This document shows positions 1-8,337 of a stretch of DNA of 64,000 nucleotides, piece by piece. The notes under the pieces were generated by a model. That model was given only the letters and a program-made list of their open reading frames with translations. It did no database searches and had not been told where the DNA came from. The position numbers and the translations under genes are program-made. This DNA is from Eubacteriales bacterium. Lineage in GTDB: Bacteria > Bacillota > Clostridia > Oscillospirales > CAG-272. The stretch spans positions 23,523 through 87,522 of the forward strand of contig JAZTXK010000044.1 of the NCBI GenBank assembly GCA_045636385.1. Direction: 5' to 3'. Every line of letters starts with the position of its first letter. Positions within the stretch are counted from its first letter, which is position 1.

Positions 1-2
1 TT

Positions 3-983
3 ATGACCGAATATTTTGCCGGCAAGATCACAGATGCAGAACTTGAAAAGCTTTGCCGCTATTGGGTGGCAAGATACAGCGCATATCCTGTTATGTGGGC
101 GACCACGCAGGAGGGTGACAACGACTATTACGGCGTTGACCGCGGCGACTGCGCTGCAACACCCGAAACGAATCCGTGGTTCTACGTAATGGATTGGGTT
201 GCAAAATATGATCCCTACGATCATCCGTCCACCTGTCATCAGGAAAATGCGATCTATACACGTGTTAAAAATTCACGCTTTGATGATTCGGAAAATCACT
301 CTTGGTATGCGGCGCAGTATAACTATGCCTTCAACGGAATAAATTGGGAGTGGGCAAAGGAGTATTACGGCAATGCAGGCAGTAAGCCCGTTGTAAACTA
401 CGAGGGTCCGTATGACCATTGGGATGAAAGCGGCGGCAGCAGCTACGGTGTCCGTGTTCAGGCTTGGGGAGCGTATATGAACGGTCAGTTCGGCTACGGC
501 TACGGTGTTCAGCCCATCTGGAGTATTTTCTGGGCTCAGAACGGATATCCCGACTACGAAAGCAGAACGGTGACCGACGCATACGGCGAGACCTTTGATA
601 AAGGACTGAACTGGATAGAGGGACTGTATCTTGAGTCCGGTGAGCAGGTAACTTATATCAAAGATTATCTTCAGAAATATGAATGGTGGCGCCTTGTGCC
701 CTGCTTCAATAAATCCTATTTCTATCAGCCGGGTTCTTGCAAGTATTCGGTGTCGCACATCGGAAATGAGATCTATATCGGCTATTTTTATGGCAAGACA
801 CACAATGATAAGCTTGGAAAGCTGACAGCTATGGCAAACGGCGAGTACGAGGTACAGTGGTTCAACTGCATCACGGGCGAATACGGAGAAGCCTTCACCG
901 TGACCGTAACAGACGGAACCTATCAGTTACCCGAAAAGCCGGATGCCGGAGATTGGGTAATTTCTGTTAAGATTAAAAAATAA
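3..983 (+). CDS. C-terminal part of a DUF4038/GH140-like glycoside hydrolase with a collagen-binding-like beta-sandwich tail (5' end lies outside the window)
   Basis: The ORF is open to the window edge (326 aa). It is aromatic-rich and TIM-barrel-like (YWVARYSAYPVMWATTQEGDN), followed by a beta-rich tail (EYEVQWFNCITGEYGEAFTVTVTDGTYQLP). A strong hairpin follows the stop. The family was assigned from memory and not searched. Confidence 0.55.
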   Translation: MTEYFAGKITDAELEKLCRYWVARYSAYPVMWATTQEGDNDYYGVDRGDCAATPETNPWFYVMDWVAKYDPYDHPSTCHQENAIYTRVKNSRFDDSENHSWYAAQYNYAFNGINWEWAKEYYGNAGSKPVVNYEGPYDHWDESGGSSYGVRVQAWGAYMNGQFGYGYGVQPIWSIFWAQNGYPDYESRTVTDAYGETFDKGLNWIEGLYLESGEQVTYIKDYLQKYEWWRLVPCFNKSYFYQPGSCKYSVSHIGNEIYIGYFYGKTHNDKLGKLTAMANGEYEVQWFNCITGEYGEAFTVTVTDGTYQLPEKPDAGDWVISVKIKK

Positions 984-986
984 CAT

Positions 987-1020
987 AAAAACGGATACAG
1001 CCGCGGCTGTATCCGTTTTT
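987..1020. terminator. Bidirectional intrinsic terminator between convergent genes
   Basis: Perfect hairpin acggatacagc/gctgtatccgt, flanked by an A-run upstream and a T-run downstream. Confidence 0.8.
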
Positions 1021-1023
1021 ATG

Positions 1024-2112
1024 TTATTCAAACTCCTCAATTCTCCATTTTACCCCGAGAATCGATGTGAATTTATCGTCCTTGTATCTTTCATAGTAGA
1101 CGGTGACGAGCGAGCCGTCCTCGAGCTCGGCGGTTGCGGGGTAGCCGAGGTCGTTGCAGTAGGCTTCGGTGAGAATATGCTCCTCTCCCCAGGTTTTTCC
1201 GCCGTCGCGGCTGATCATTATGCGCTCGCCGAAGGGAGCTTCGCGTCGACCGTATGTGAGAATGAGTGCGCCCGACGAATGGAGCAGGAAGTGAGGGGGA
1301 GAACCGCTGATTCCGAGGCATTCGGGAGCGGTGAAGCTCTTTCCGCCGTCGGTCGAGCGGCAGGTGAAGATCGAAAATCCGTGCGGTACGCCTTCGCCCT
1401 GCGCACGAATGGAGGCAAGTATCGTTCCGTCGGGAAGCTCAACTGCGTGCGGCTCGTGCATATTCTTCTTGTCAAGTCCCTCGGGGAAGTCGATTCCGCA
1501 AAGCTTTTGCCAGCTCTTGCCGTCATCCGAGCTTTCGTAGACGTAGATCGCGCCCTGATCGAGGTCTTCATCCTTCGAATGAAATTCCTTGCCGACGTAA
1601 AGGAGCTTGCCGCTCTTGAGGAGAATGGGGCCGTGAGGTGCCGTGACGGGAACCTTGACAGCCTCATCCCAAGTGTTTCCGTAATCGCGGGAGAGGCGGA
1701 CGAATGAGCCGTATTTGTTGCGCTCTTCGGGCATATTTGCGTAGCCGTCAAGCATGCCGTGAGCCATCGCGCGGGTCACGCCGTTTGTGTAGCCGTCAAC
1801 CCACTGTCTGCGCTCGGCATAAAACTGCCAAGGGTGACAGAAGTACGTCATAAGCATCTTGCCGCCGCCGAGGTACGTGATGCCCGCGTCGCGGTCGTCG
1901 AGATAGGTGTCGTTGATAATTGCGGGCGGAGTCCAAGTTTCGCCTCCGTCAAAGCTCTTGTAAAGGAAGTTTTTGCCGAAAATGCAAAGGTGTCCGAGTC
2001 GGTTACCCGAACAGACGGTATAAAGCACGCCCTGCTCGTCGATGCAAACGGTCGGCCAACCCTGATAGCGGTAAAATCCGTTTTCTGCGCGTCCGATGAT
2101 GAAGTGTTTCAT
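1024..2112 (-). CDS. BNR/Asp-box repeat protein, sialidase (GH33)-like beta-propeller, with no signal peptide
   Basis: Four Asp-box motifs are present: SFDGGETW, SSDDGKSW, STDGGKSF and SRDGGKTW. The start overlaps the upstream stop (TAATG). Confidence 0.75.
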   Translation of the reverse strand: MKHFIIGRAENGFYRYQGWPTVCIDEQGVLYTVCSGNRLGHLCIFGKNFLYKSFDGGETWTPPAIINDTYLDDRDAGITYLGGGKMLMTYFCHPWQFYAERRQWVDGYTNGVTRAMAHGMLDGYANMPEERNKYGSFVRLSRDYGNTWDEAVKVPVTAPHGPILLKSGKLLYVGKEFHSKDEDLDQGAIYVYESSDDGKSWQKLCGIDFPEGLDKKNMHEPHAVELPDGTILASIRAQGEGVPHGFSIFTCRSTDGGKSFTAPECLGISGSPPHFLLHSSGALILTYGRREAPFGERIMISRDGGKTWGEEHILTEAYCNDLGYPATAELEDGSLVTVYYERYKDDKFTSILGVKWRIEEFE

Positions 2113-4073
2113 TATCCTATTTCCTCCGTGATAATTCTGTTTTTGCCGGGATATAAGCTGCGCTTGAGCGCGGAGTATGCGAGATGGTGGTCAAAATAGC
2201 GTTCGATCTCAAATTCGTGTGCGCCGAAGGAGTCAAAGTGGGAGTTGAAGGCATCGAAAGCCTCGTCAGCCTTGCCTTCGGCTGTCAAAATCATAGATTC
2301 GGCAAGTCCCGTGCAATACTCGGCGTGAAGCTCGAGAATACGAAGCGAAAGGCTGAAAATCCTCTTTTGGGGGACTTTTCTCCAAGCGCGGAGCTTTTTG
2401 GTCATTTCTCCGCAAAGTCCTGCGATCTGCTTCAGCGACTCGGCACGCTCCTGCGACACAAGTTTACGTTCCGCTGACGCGCGGTGAGCGACCTCGAGGT
2501 AATTTACGTCGAAAATATCTGATATCTTCTCAAGATGCTCCGAGATCTCGCGCCAGTTCTCGCCGTATGCGTGAGAAAAATATTTTTCGCGTAGATCGTC
2601 AAAGCTTAAGTCCTTATCGTACATAGCGCGCGCGTAGACGTAGAATGGGAATCCGTTCGGGAAGAAGGAGCGCTGTGAGCCGTCCTGAATGATGCCGAAG
2701 AATCCCGAATCGCGGTAGGCGCGGACGTCCTTGTAGAGACGCTCGGCAAGACGGATGCCTCCGAAATCGTAGTACTGATGTACCCAAAAATGGTATTCGT
2801 AACAGAATTTTGGAGTGTAGCAGGTGTCCTGCCATCCTTCGGAATACTGAATGTAGTCTCCGAGGTCGGTGGGGAAGACGTTCTTGTTGAGATCAAATTT
2901 CGGAAGCTCACGCTTTCGCGCCGACATATCGGGCGTTTCGGTGTAACTTCTCGTGATCGCCGCGAGCAAAAGCGCGAACCTGTCGGGATTGCGCAGTTTT
3001 TCGGTCACGGGCGGGAAGGCGGTGTCGTAATACGCGATATATGCGATGCGGGTTGCCAGTCCACGTTCGGTCAGGCACTCGTCAATCTCGTTGAGGAGCA
3101 TAACGTACCAATCCGAAACCGTCTTTTTGCGGCACTCGTCGCATTCGCAATGGTTGTTTCTGTTGTCCGCCATCCAGATGTGCAGATAGTTTACCTGAGG
3201 ACTCTTTTCGGCGTAGTCCGCAACCGCGTTTGCAACGATTGAGCGTGCTTTGGGATTTGACATGCAGAAGTTAGTGTTCAGCGCAACGCCGTGATAGAGC
3301 GAGCGCGAGCCCTCGCAAAGAGCTACGAAATCGCGGCTTTCCTCGGGGATGGGATTTTCCGCGTCCTTTGCCCAGCCCTCGGTGGTGTCGATTCCGAAGG
3401 GCTCGGCGGTCCAGCCGTGTCCCATGTCCTGAAAGATGAGAGAGCGTTTCGCAATCTCCGCCTCGCATGCGCGCTTCCATTGAAGCACCTGCTCGGGCGT
3501 TATAGGCTCGGGGGAACGGTTGGCGCGGTTGTTTCGGTGATCGTAGTAATAGTTGTAATATGCCTTTGGGATGTCAAACTCAAGCATATAGGAGTTGAGT
3601 CCGATCTTGGGCGTGAAATCAATGGTTTCGATCATCGAAGCCTGATATTCCGCGCCCTCGTTGCATTGCGCGCGGACGCGCATATCGGCGGTCTTTTGGT
3701 AAGAAACCGTCTTCGGCGCATCGATAACGGGAATAAACTCACCGTCAACACCCGGATAGAGCCATTCGCATCCGTTCTGACGGAGATATTCGTAGACCGC
3801 GATAAGAAGCGCGCGCGGATTGCTACCCGCGATGATGCCTCCGCGCTCGTTGGTATTTATAACAACGACGTCATCGAGCTCGGCATCGCACCCGTCGGGA
3901 ATGGCGATCCCAATGTCGGAGCAGAGAGCGAGGACGAATCCGTCGCTGTCGCGCTCGTCGGAGCAAACGGTGATCTCACCGCAACGCGGCATCATCATAC
4001 GAAGATACTTTTTCAGCTCTTCAGCGGCGAAGTCAACGGTGGGATGATTGGAATATTTGAAAATCTTATACAT
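2112..4073 (-). CDS. DUF4838-like putative glycoside hydrolase (GH20b-like N-terminal module plus TIM-barrel-like body)
   Basis: 653 aa. It has an N-terminal alpha/beta module (TVDFAAEELKKYLRMM...GGIIAGSNPRALLIAVYEYL) and a Cys motif HCECDECRK. It overlaps the upstream gene by 8 nt. The family was assigned from memory. Confidence 0.55.
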   Translation of the reverse strand: MYKIFKYSNHPTVDFAAEELKKYLRMMMPRCGEITVCSDERDSDGFVLALCSDIGIAIPDGCDAELDDVVVINTNERGGIIAGSNPRALLIAVYEYLRQNGCEWLYPGVDGEFIPVIDAPKTVSYQKTADMRVRAQCNEGAEYQASMIETIDFTPKIGLNSYMLEFDIPKAYYNYYYDHRNNRANRSPEPITPEQVLQWKRACEAEIAKRSLIFQDMGHGWTAEPFGIDTTEGWAKDAENPIPEESRDFVALCEGSRSLYHGVALNTNFCMSNPKARSIVANAVADYAEKSPQVNYLHIWMADNRNNHCECDECRKKTVSDWYVMLLNEIDECLTERGLATRIAYIAYYDTAFPPVTEKLRNPDRFALLLAAITRSYTETPDMSARKRELPKFDLNKNVFPTDLGDYIQYSEGWQDTCYTPKFCYEYHFWVHQYYDFGGIRLAERLYKDVRAYRDSGFFGIIQDGSQRSFFPNGFPFYVYARAMYDKDLSFDDLREKYFSHAYGENWREISEHLEKISDIFDVNYLEVAHRASAERKLVSQERAESLKQIAGLCGEMTKKLRAWRKVPQKRIFSLSLRILELHAEYCTGLAESMILTAEGKADEAFDAFNSHFDSFGAHEFEIERYFDHHLAYSALKRSLYPGKNRIITEEIG

Positions 4074-5391
4074 TTTTCAGTTCCTCAAGCTGCTTCAGTG
4101 TGGCTTCGACGATGCGATCCGCGCTGTCCTTTGCCGTGCAGGCGTTGTATTTGCTGATCTTTGCTTCATAAGCGGTGCTTTCCTGAATGATTTGGGTCGA
4201 AATATATCCGTGTGTGCCGTTTGCAAGCTCGAAGATGACGGTGTTTTCGAAGGGCGAAGCCGTCTTGATGCGTCGTCCGACGTCGGTGAAGATCTCGGAG
4301 GGCAGACCGACGATCGCCCAATCGCCGAGACGGATGGTGTGGATCTCGAAGGGAATTTCGGGGCTTACGTCATCGTCGTTCTCGAGATACTCGGTTGCAA
4401 ACGCTCTGTCCATTGCGTTGTGCGAGTCCATATCCTTCGCGATCTCCTGCGCCCAAGCGTAGTCGGCTTCGGTTTTGTAACGGCGCTTGAGGACGATGTT
4501 TTTGGAGATAGCGGCAATTTCGGGCGCGGAATTATCAGCTTTGATATCGGCGTTTATCTGCACGACGGTCGAGGTCAGACCCGCGCCGATAGCCTCGGGC
4601 GCATTTTTCGTGCCGCCGTAGTAGGAGTCCGATGTGGACTTCATCCAGTCGATGCAGTTGATGTCGCCGCAGGTGCCGTTGAAGAAGAGAACGAAGACGT
4701 CCTCACCGTAGACTCGCTTGAGACCGCGTCGTAGCGCGGCGGGAAAATCTCCGCTGAAGCTCTTTTTGTTTTTCTGGTGGCAGTCGGGGTGGTTCGCGTA
4801 GTTGACGATGAAGCCGCGAACAGCGCCCTCTGCGGAGTCGATGCGCATAACGTTGACCGAATAGTCGGGCGTGTCGATCGGAGCGACCATAAGCTCGGGA
4901 TGCGCGCGGTTGGGGTTCATCTTGATAGAGCCATCGACAAGACGGATGTCGCGGCAGAAGCTGTAACGCTTTTCCTCACCGAGTCCCGTGCCGATTTGGG
5001 CGTCCGCAAGGTTCTTGTGAGCATCTATGGCGGCGCTTACAATTCCTTTTTCGGTCAGCGACGCAACTTCGAGGTCAGGCGGACAGAGCCAAAGCTGATA
5101 GTCGCAGGCACCGCCCGTGTGGGTGTGGGTCGCGCCGACAAGAATGCGGTCAAAGGGTACGCCGGTAGCATCGGAGATCGTGTTTCTGATGCGGTCGGCT
5201 GTGCTGATCTGGAGCGAGAGGGTGTCGGCGGAAACGAGGATCAGCGGGTTTCCGTCAACGTCGAATGCCGCGGCGGTGACAAGGAGTTTGCCGCGCGCGG
5301 GTTCGCTTGTAAGGCAAGGGGTGAAGCCGCCGGGGATGAGCTTGCCCACGGGCGGGGTTATATCAAATTCCGAAAATCCAATTCTTAACAT
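4066..5391 (-). CDS. Neutral/alkaline ceramidase-superfamily-like hydrolase, cytoplasmic
   Basis: 441 aa. The N-terminus MLRIGFSEFDITPPVGKLIPGG is typical of bacterial ceramidase-N-domain proteins. RBS AGGAAGG lies upstream of the ATG. Confidence 0.55.
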   Translation of the reverse strand: MLRIGFSEFDITPPVGKLIPGGFTPCLTSEPARGKLLVTAAAFDVDGNPLILVSADTLSLQISTADRIRNTISDATGVPFDRILVGATHTHTGGACDYQLWLCPPDLEVASLTEKGIVSAAIDAHKNLADAQIGTGLGEEKRYSFCRDIRLVDGSIKMNPNRAHPELMVAPIDTPDYSVNVMRIDSAEGAVRGFIVNYANHPDCHQKNKKSFSGDFPAALRRGLKRVYGEDVFVLFFNGTCGDINCIDWMKSTSDSYYGGTKNAPEAIGAGLTSTVVQINADIKADNSAPEIAAISKNIVLKRRYKTEADYAWAQEIAKDMDSHNAMDRAFATEYLENDDDVSPEIPFEIHTIRLGDWAIVGLPSEIFTDVGRRIKTASPFENTVIFELANGTHGYISTQIIQESTAYEAKISKYNACTAKDSADRIVEATLKQLEELKNV

Positions 5392-5407
5392 ATCGGTTTA
5401 CCTTCCT

Positions 5408-6433
5408 TTAACTGAAATAGTGGGGTTTGACAGGGAGTCCTTTTTCTGCCGATTCAACTGCAGCGAGGCAGACGGCAACCGTGTTTGAGCCTTCGATAAC
5501 GTCGATCTCGAGATCCTTTTTGCCGAGAATAATGTCGCACATATCCGCGATCTCAGCCGCCATATTGTGATGATTGATGTCAATGAAAATTTGTTCTTCC
5601 TTGAAGCTGTGCTTGCCTTTTTCGTCGATGCAGGGTGTGAAAAGCGTGATGTAGGGCGATTTGTTGTCGCCGAGGATGGTGCCCTTCGATCCGAAAAGCT
5701 GTGTGCGCATCGTGTAGGGGCGCTTGCATCCGATCGAGGTTAAGACCTTTCCGATGATGCCGTTCGGATATTTCAAAACAGATATCGTGCAATCGTCGAC
5801 GGGCCAATCGGGGAGCATTTTGTGGTTAGCGTAGGCAAAGACCTCGGTCGGGTCACCCGCGATCCAACGGAGAAGATCCATCGCGTGGCAACCACCGCCG
5901 ACAACGGGATGACGGATGTAGGAGGGATCCTTGCGCCATTCGCCGCGTCCGAGGATCGAGTAGTCGTGCGCGTATTCGGATTCAACGTAGAAAAGCTCGC
6001 CGATGTCGCCGCGATCGACCATTTCCTTCATCAGCGCGAAGGCGGGAGTTTTGCGGCAGACCTGACCGACCATGAATTTCTTGCCCGAAGCGCGTGCGGC
6101 GGCAATGATCGCCTCGCATTCGTCAAGACGCATGGCAAGCGGCTTTTCGCAGAGAACGTGATAACCCGCGGCGAGCGAATCGACGCATTGATCCTTGTGG
6201 AAGGAGTCGGGAGAGCAGACGACAACGCAGTCAAATCCCCCGGCACGGAGCATATCCTTGTAATCGGTGTAATATGTATTAAGACCGTGTTTTTCGGCGC
6301 GTGCGCGAACACCCGCCTCGTCAACGTCGCAAAGCGCGGCAAGCTCGGCATTTTCGGTAGCTAAAATACCGTCAATGTGACTGCGACCGATCCCCTCGGT
6401 ACCGATGACGGCAAAACGAACCTGTGTTTCCAT
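5408..6433 (-). CDS. Gfo/Idh/MocA family NAD(P)-dependent oxidoreductase
   Basis: Rossmann N-terminus VRFAVIGTEGIGRSH. The start was moved to the internal ATG at 6433, which is preceded by GGAGG. The track ORF extends to 6496 with no RBS. Confidence 0.8.
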   Translation of the reverse strand: METQVRFAVIGTEGIGRSHIDGILATENAELAALCDVDEAGVRARAEKHGLNTYYTDYKDMLRAGGFDCVVVCSPDSFHKDQCVDSLAAGYHVLCEKPLAMRLDECEAIIAAARASGKKFMVGQVCRKTPAFALMKEMVDRGDIGELFYVESEYAHDYSILGRGEWRKDPSYIRHPVVGGGCHAMDLLRWIAGDPTEVFAYANHKMLPDWPVDDCTISVLKYPNGIIGKVLTSIGCKRPYTMRTQLFGSKGTILGDNKSPYITLFTPCIDEKGKHSFKEEQIFIDINHHNMAAEIADMCDIILGKKDLEIDVIEGSNTVAVCLAAVESAEKGLPVKPHYFS

Positions 6434-6467
6434 GAAGACCTCCGATGATGAAATTTTTGTTAACATA

Positions 6468-6496
6468 ATTTTACCACGCGGGGCGAGTGTTGTCAA
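6468..6496 (-). promoter_or_regulatory. Sigma-A-type promoter for the 6433..1024 operon
   Basis: On the minus strand: TTGACA, a 17-nt spacer ending in TGG, then TAAAAT. Confidence 0.5.
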
Positions 6497-6518
6497 GAAG
6501 TTTTATAAAAGAGTGAAA

Positions 6519-6800
6519 GCTTTTGAAGATTTTTAAGAAACTTTTCTCGAAAAGTTTCTAAAACGGAGCAGGAGGCGGACCCTCAAACTAATGCGAAAGC
6601 GAAGCTTTCGCCACCGTGCTTCAAAAATACGAAGCTCTGCTTCGGATTTTTGGACAGAGTCAATACTTCCCGAATGTAGGGAAGTGCATCTCTGGCGGTT
6701 TTCCGAAGGAAAATGGAGGCGTGAGCCGACAAGACAGAGTTGCAACTTGCCGAAGGCAAGTATTTGCGCTCTGTCACCCCGCGCCGTCCGCAGACGGCGC
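6519..6800 (+). repeat. Mosaic multi-hairpin intergenic repeat, copy A (carries a nested insertion of about 85 bp)
   Basis: It shares ordered modules with copies at 8050-8262, 11579-11760 and 14984-15100. The modules are: GAAGATT-TTAAGAAACTTTT..AAAAGTTTC hairpin; GCGAA..TTCGC hairpin; CACCGYGCTTCAAAA-hairpin-TTTTGGA; and GACAGAGTCAATACTTCCC..GGGAAGTATTG..CTCTGTC long hairpin. Confidence 0.8.
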
Positions 6801-6991
6801 TTTTATAAAAGGAAAAAATCCGCCGCAGCGGATTTTCACATTTTTATTATATTTCGCCTTGAATTTTCCTTGGGTGCGCAAAATCCCGCGCGGTGCTGAC
6901 TGCCCACCCCAACCCCTCCCGCAAGCGGGAGGGGGGGATCTGTCAATAGAAAAATTCTACGCCAAGTAGAATCAAGTCTATGTTGCGGTTA

Positions 6992-7020
6992 TTGATTTGT
7001 GCCGAAAAATCTGTTATAAT
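6992..7020 (+). promoter_or_regulatory. Sigma-A-type promoter for the XRE regulator gene
   Basis: TTGATT, a 17-nt spacer, then TATAAT. It lies about 40 nt upstream of the ATG. Confidence 0.5.
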
Positions 7021-7061
7021 ATGTTCAGACGCGTCGAAAATAAATAACTTGGAGGTTCGTT

Positions 7062-7847
7062 ATGGAACTGATGATCGGTGAAAAACTGAAAAAACTTCGC
7101 AGAAACAAGGATTTGACACAAGAAGAGGTTGCGGCACATCTCGGAATTTCTTTCCAAGCTATTAGCAAATGGGAGCGCGGCGAGGGATATCCCGATATTA
7201 CGATGCTTCCGATTTTGGCTAATTACTACCAAGTTACGGTCGATGATTTGATTGGAATGGATGAAATAACGTCTGCGAAAAAGCTTGATGAGATCAATCG
7301 CATCTGGGAAGAAAACAGGCAGGCGCGAAAGCATAAGGAAAACGTTACGTTGATGAGAGAAGCTCTGAAATCGTACCCGAATAACGCATTACTTCTCATT
7401 CAGTTGTCGGCATCTCTCGAACGCCTTGACGGTACCATGTCCGAAAAAATAGAGTATTTGAAGGAATCCATCGCGGTTCAGGAGCAGATTTTGAGATACT
7501 GCGATGATTCCGATGTCAGAGGTGCGGCTCTTTTCAATATTGCCGATGCGTATTACAGATACGGAGATTATGAAAAAGCGCTTGAATATGCAAACAAATT
7601 GCCGAATCTCTTCAAGACGAGAGAAACAGCTCTGGTACGCATCCTGCAGGATAATAACGGGAAGAATAAAGCCGCAAGATCGGCAATCGAACCGCTTGCG
7701 TGGTTGCTTTCATATCATCTTAACGCCATTTCCGAGACCGAAAATGACGTTGGATACAGAGAAAAAGCCGTAAAAATATTGGATATCTTGTTCGAGCAAA
7801 ATGAAAGCGAGCTTATAAAAGGTATCAGGGCAAAGATGACAAAATAA
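7062..7847 (+). CDS. XRE-family HTH transcriptional regulator with a TPR-like C-terminal domain
   Basis: N-terminal HTH_3 signature: LKKLRRNKDLTQEEVAAHLGISFQAISKWERGEGYPDITMLPILANYYQVTVDDL. The C-terminal part is about 190 aa and helical. RBS GGAGG is present. GC is visibly lower than in the neighbours. Confidence 0.8.
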   Translation: MELMIGEKLKKLRRNKDLTQEEVAAHLGISFQAISKWERGEGYPDITMLPILANYYQVTVDDLIGMDEITSAKKLDEINRIWEENRQARKHKENVTLMREALKSYPNNALLLIQLSASLERLDGTMSEKIEYLKESIAVQEQILRYCDDSDVRGAALFNIADAYYRYGDYEKALEYANKLPNLFKTRETALVRILQDNNGKNKAARSAIEPLAWLLSYHLNAISETENDVGYREKAVKILDILFEQNESELIKGIRAKMTK

Positions 7848-8049
7848 GCATCATACCCGGCGTAGTTTTTCGTAGGAGAGTGTTTAAACTACGTGCCTTT
7901 ATAAGCCTTTACTTCACTCTTCCGGTTTACGGAAGGGGGAGCGAGGCGGGGGCCGATTTGCCTGAACAAAATTATGAGGATATCGGGAAAATCTCTGTGT
8001 AGGCGCGAAGTTTTTAGCTCGTACCCGCAGGAGATAAAAATTCTCTATC

Positions 8050-8262
8050 GTCATTGCGCGCTCTGCGAGTGCGCGAGGTGACAGAGCGCAATACTTCCCT
8101 ACATTCGGGAAGTATTGACTCTGTCCAAAATCGAGAAGCGGAGCTTCACGATTTTGAAGCGCGGTGGCGAAGGCTGAAGCCTTCGCATTAGTCCGAGGCT
8201 CTGCCTCGTGCTCCGCGAACTTTTGAAAAAGTTCGATCAAAACTTCAAATTTTTCAATCAAA
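8050..8262 (-). repeat. Mosaic multi-hairpin intergenic repeat, copy B (inverted relative to copy A)
   Basis: The reverse complement aligns module by module with copy A, including the ACTAATGCGAA..hairpin..CACCGCGCTTCAAAA..TTTTGGACAGAGTCAATACTTCCCGAATGTAGGGAAGTATTGCGCTCTGTCAC stretch. Confidence 0.8.
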
Positions 8263-8265
8263 TCG

Positions 8266-8295
8266 AAAAATTCCGCCCAACGGGCGGAATTTTTA
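8266..8295 (-). terminator. Intrinsic terminator downstream of the SCIFF maturase gene
   Basis: Hairpin attccgccc/gggcggaat, followed by a T-run on the minus strand. Confidence 0.7.
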
Positions 8296-8337
8296 CCTTT
8301 AACTAGCAACTAATAACTAGTAACTGGCAACTTATTA

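Noticed and set aside
6591-6969. Track ORFs inside the repeat-rich intergenic regions (6533-6745, 6583-6777, 6591-6899, 6616-6969 and 7914-8309).
   Set aside because: They are composed of the palindromic repeat modules, lack an RBS, and overlap each other in several frames. They are most likely not coding.
7972-8073. A 33-codon ORF downstream of the XRE-TPR regulator, considered as a candidate RRNPP/Rgg-type signalling peptide gene.
   Set aside because: It has no Shine-Dalgarno sequence, it runs into mosaic repeat copy B, and it lacks a signal-peptide-like or SHP/PapR-like sequence.
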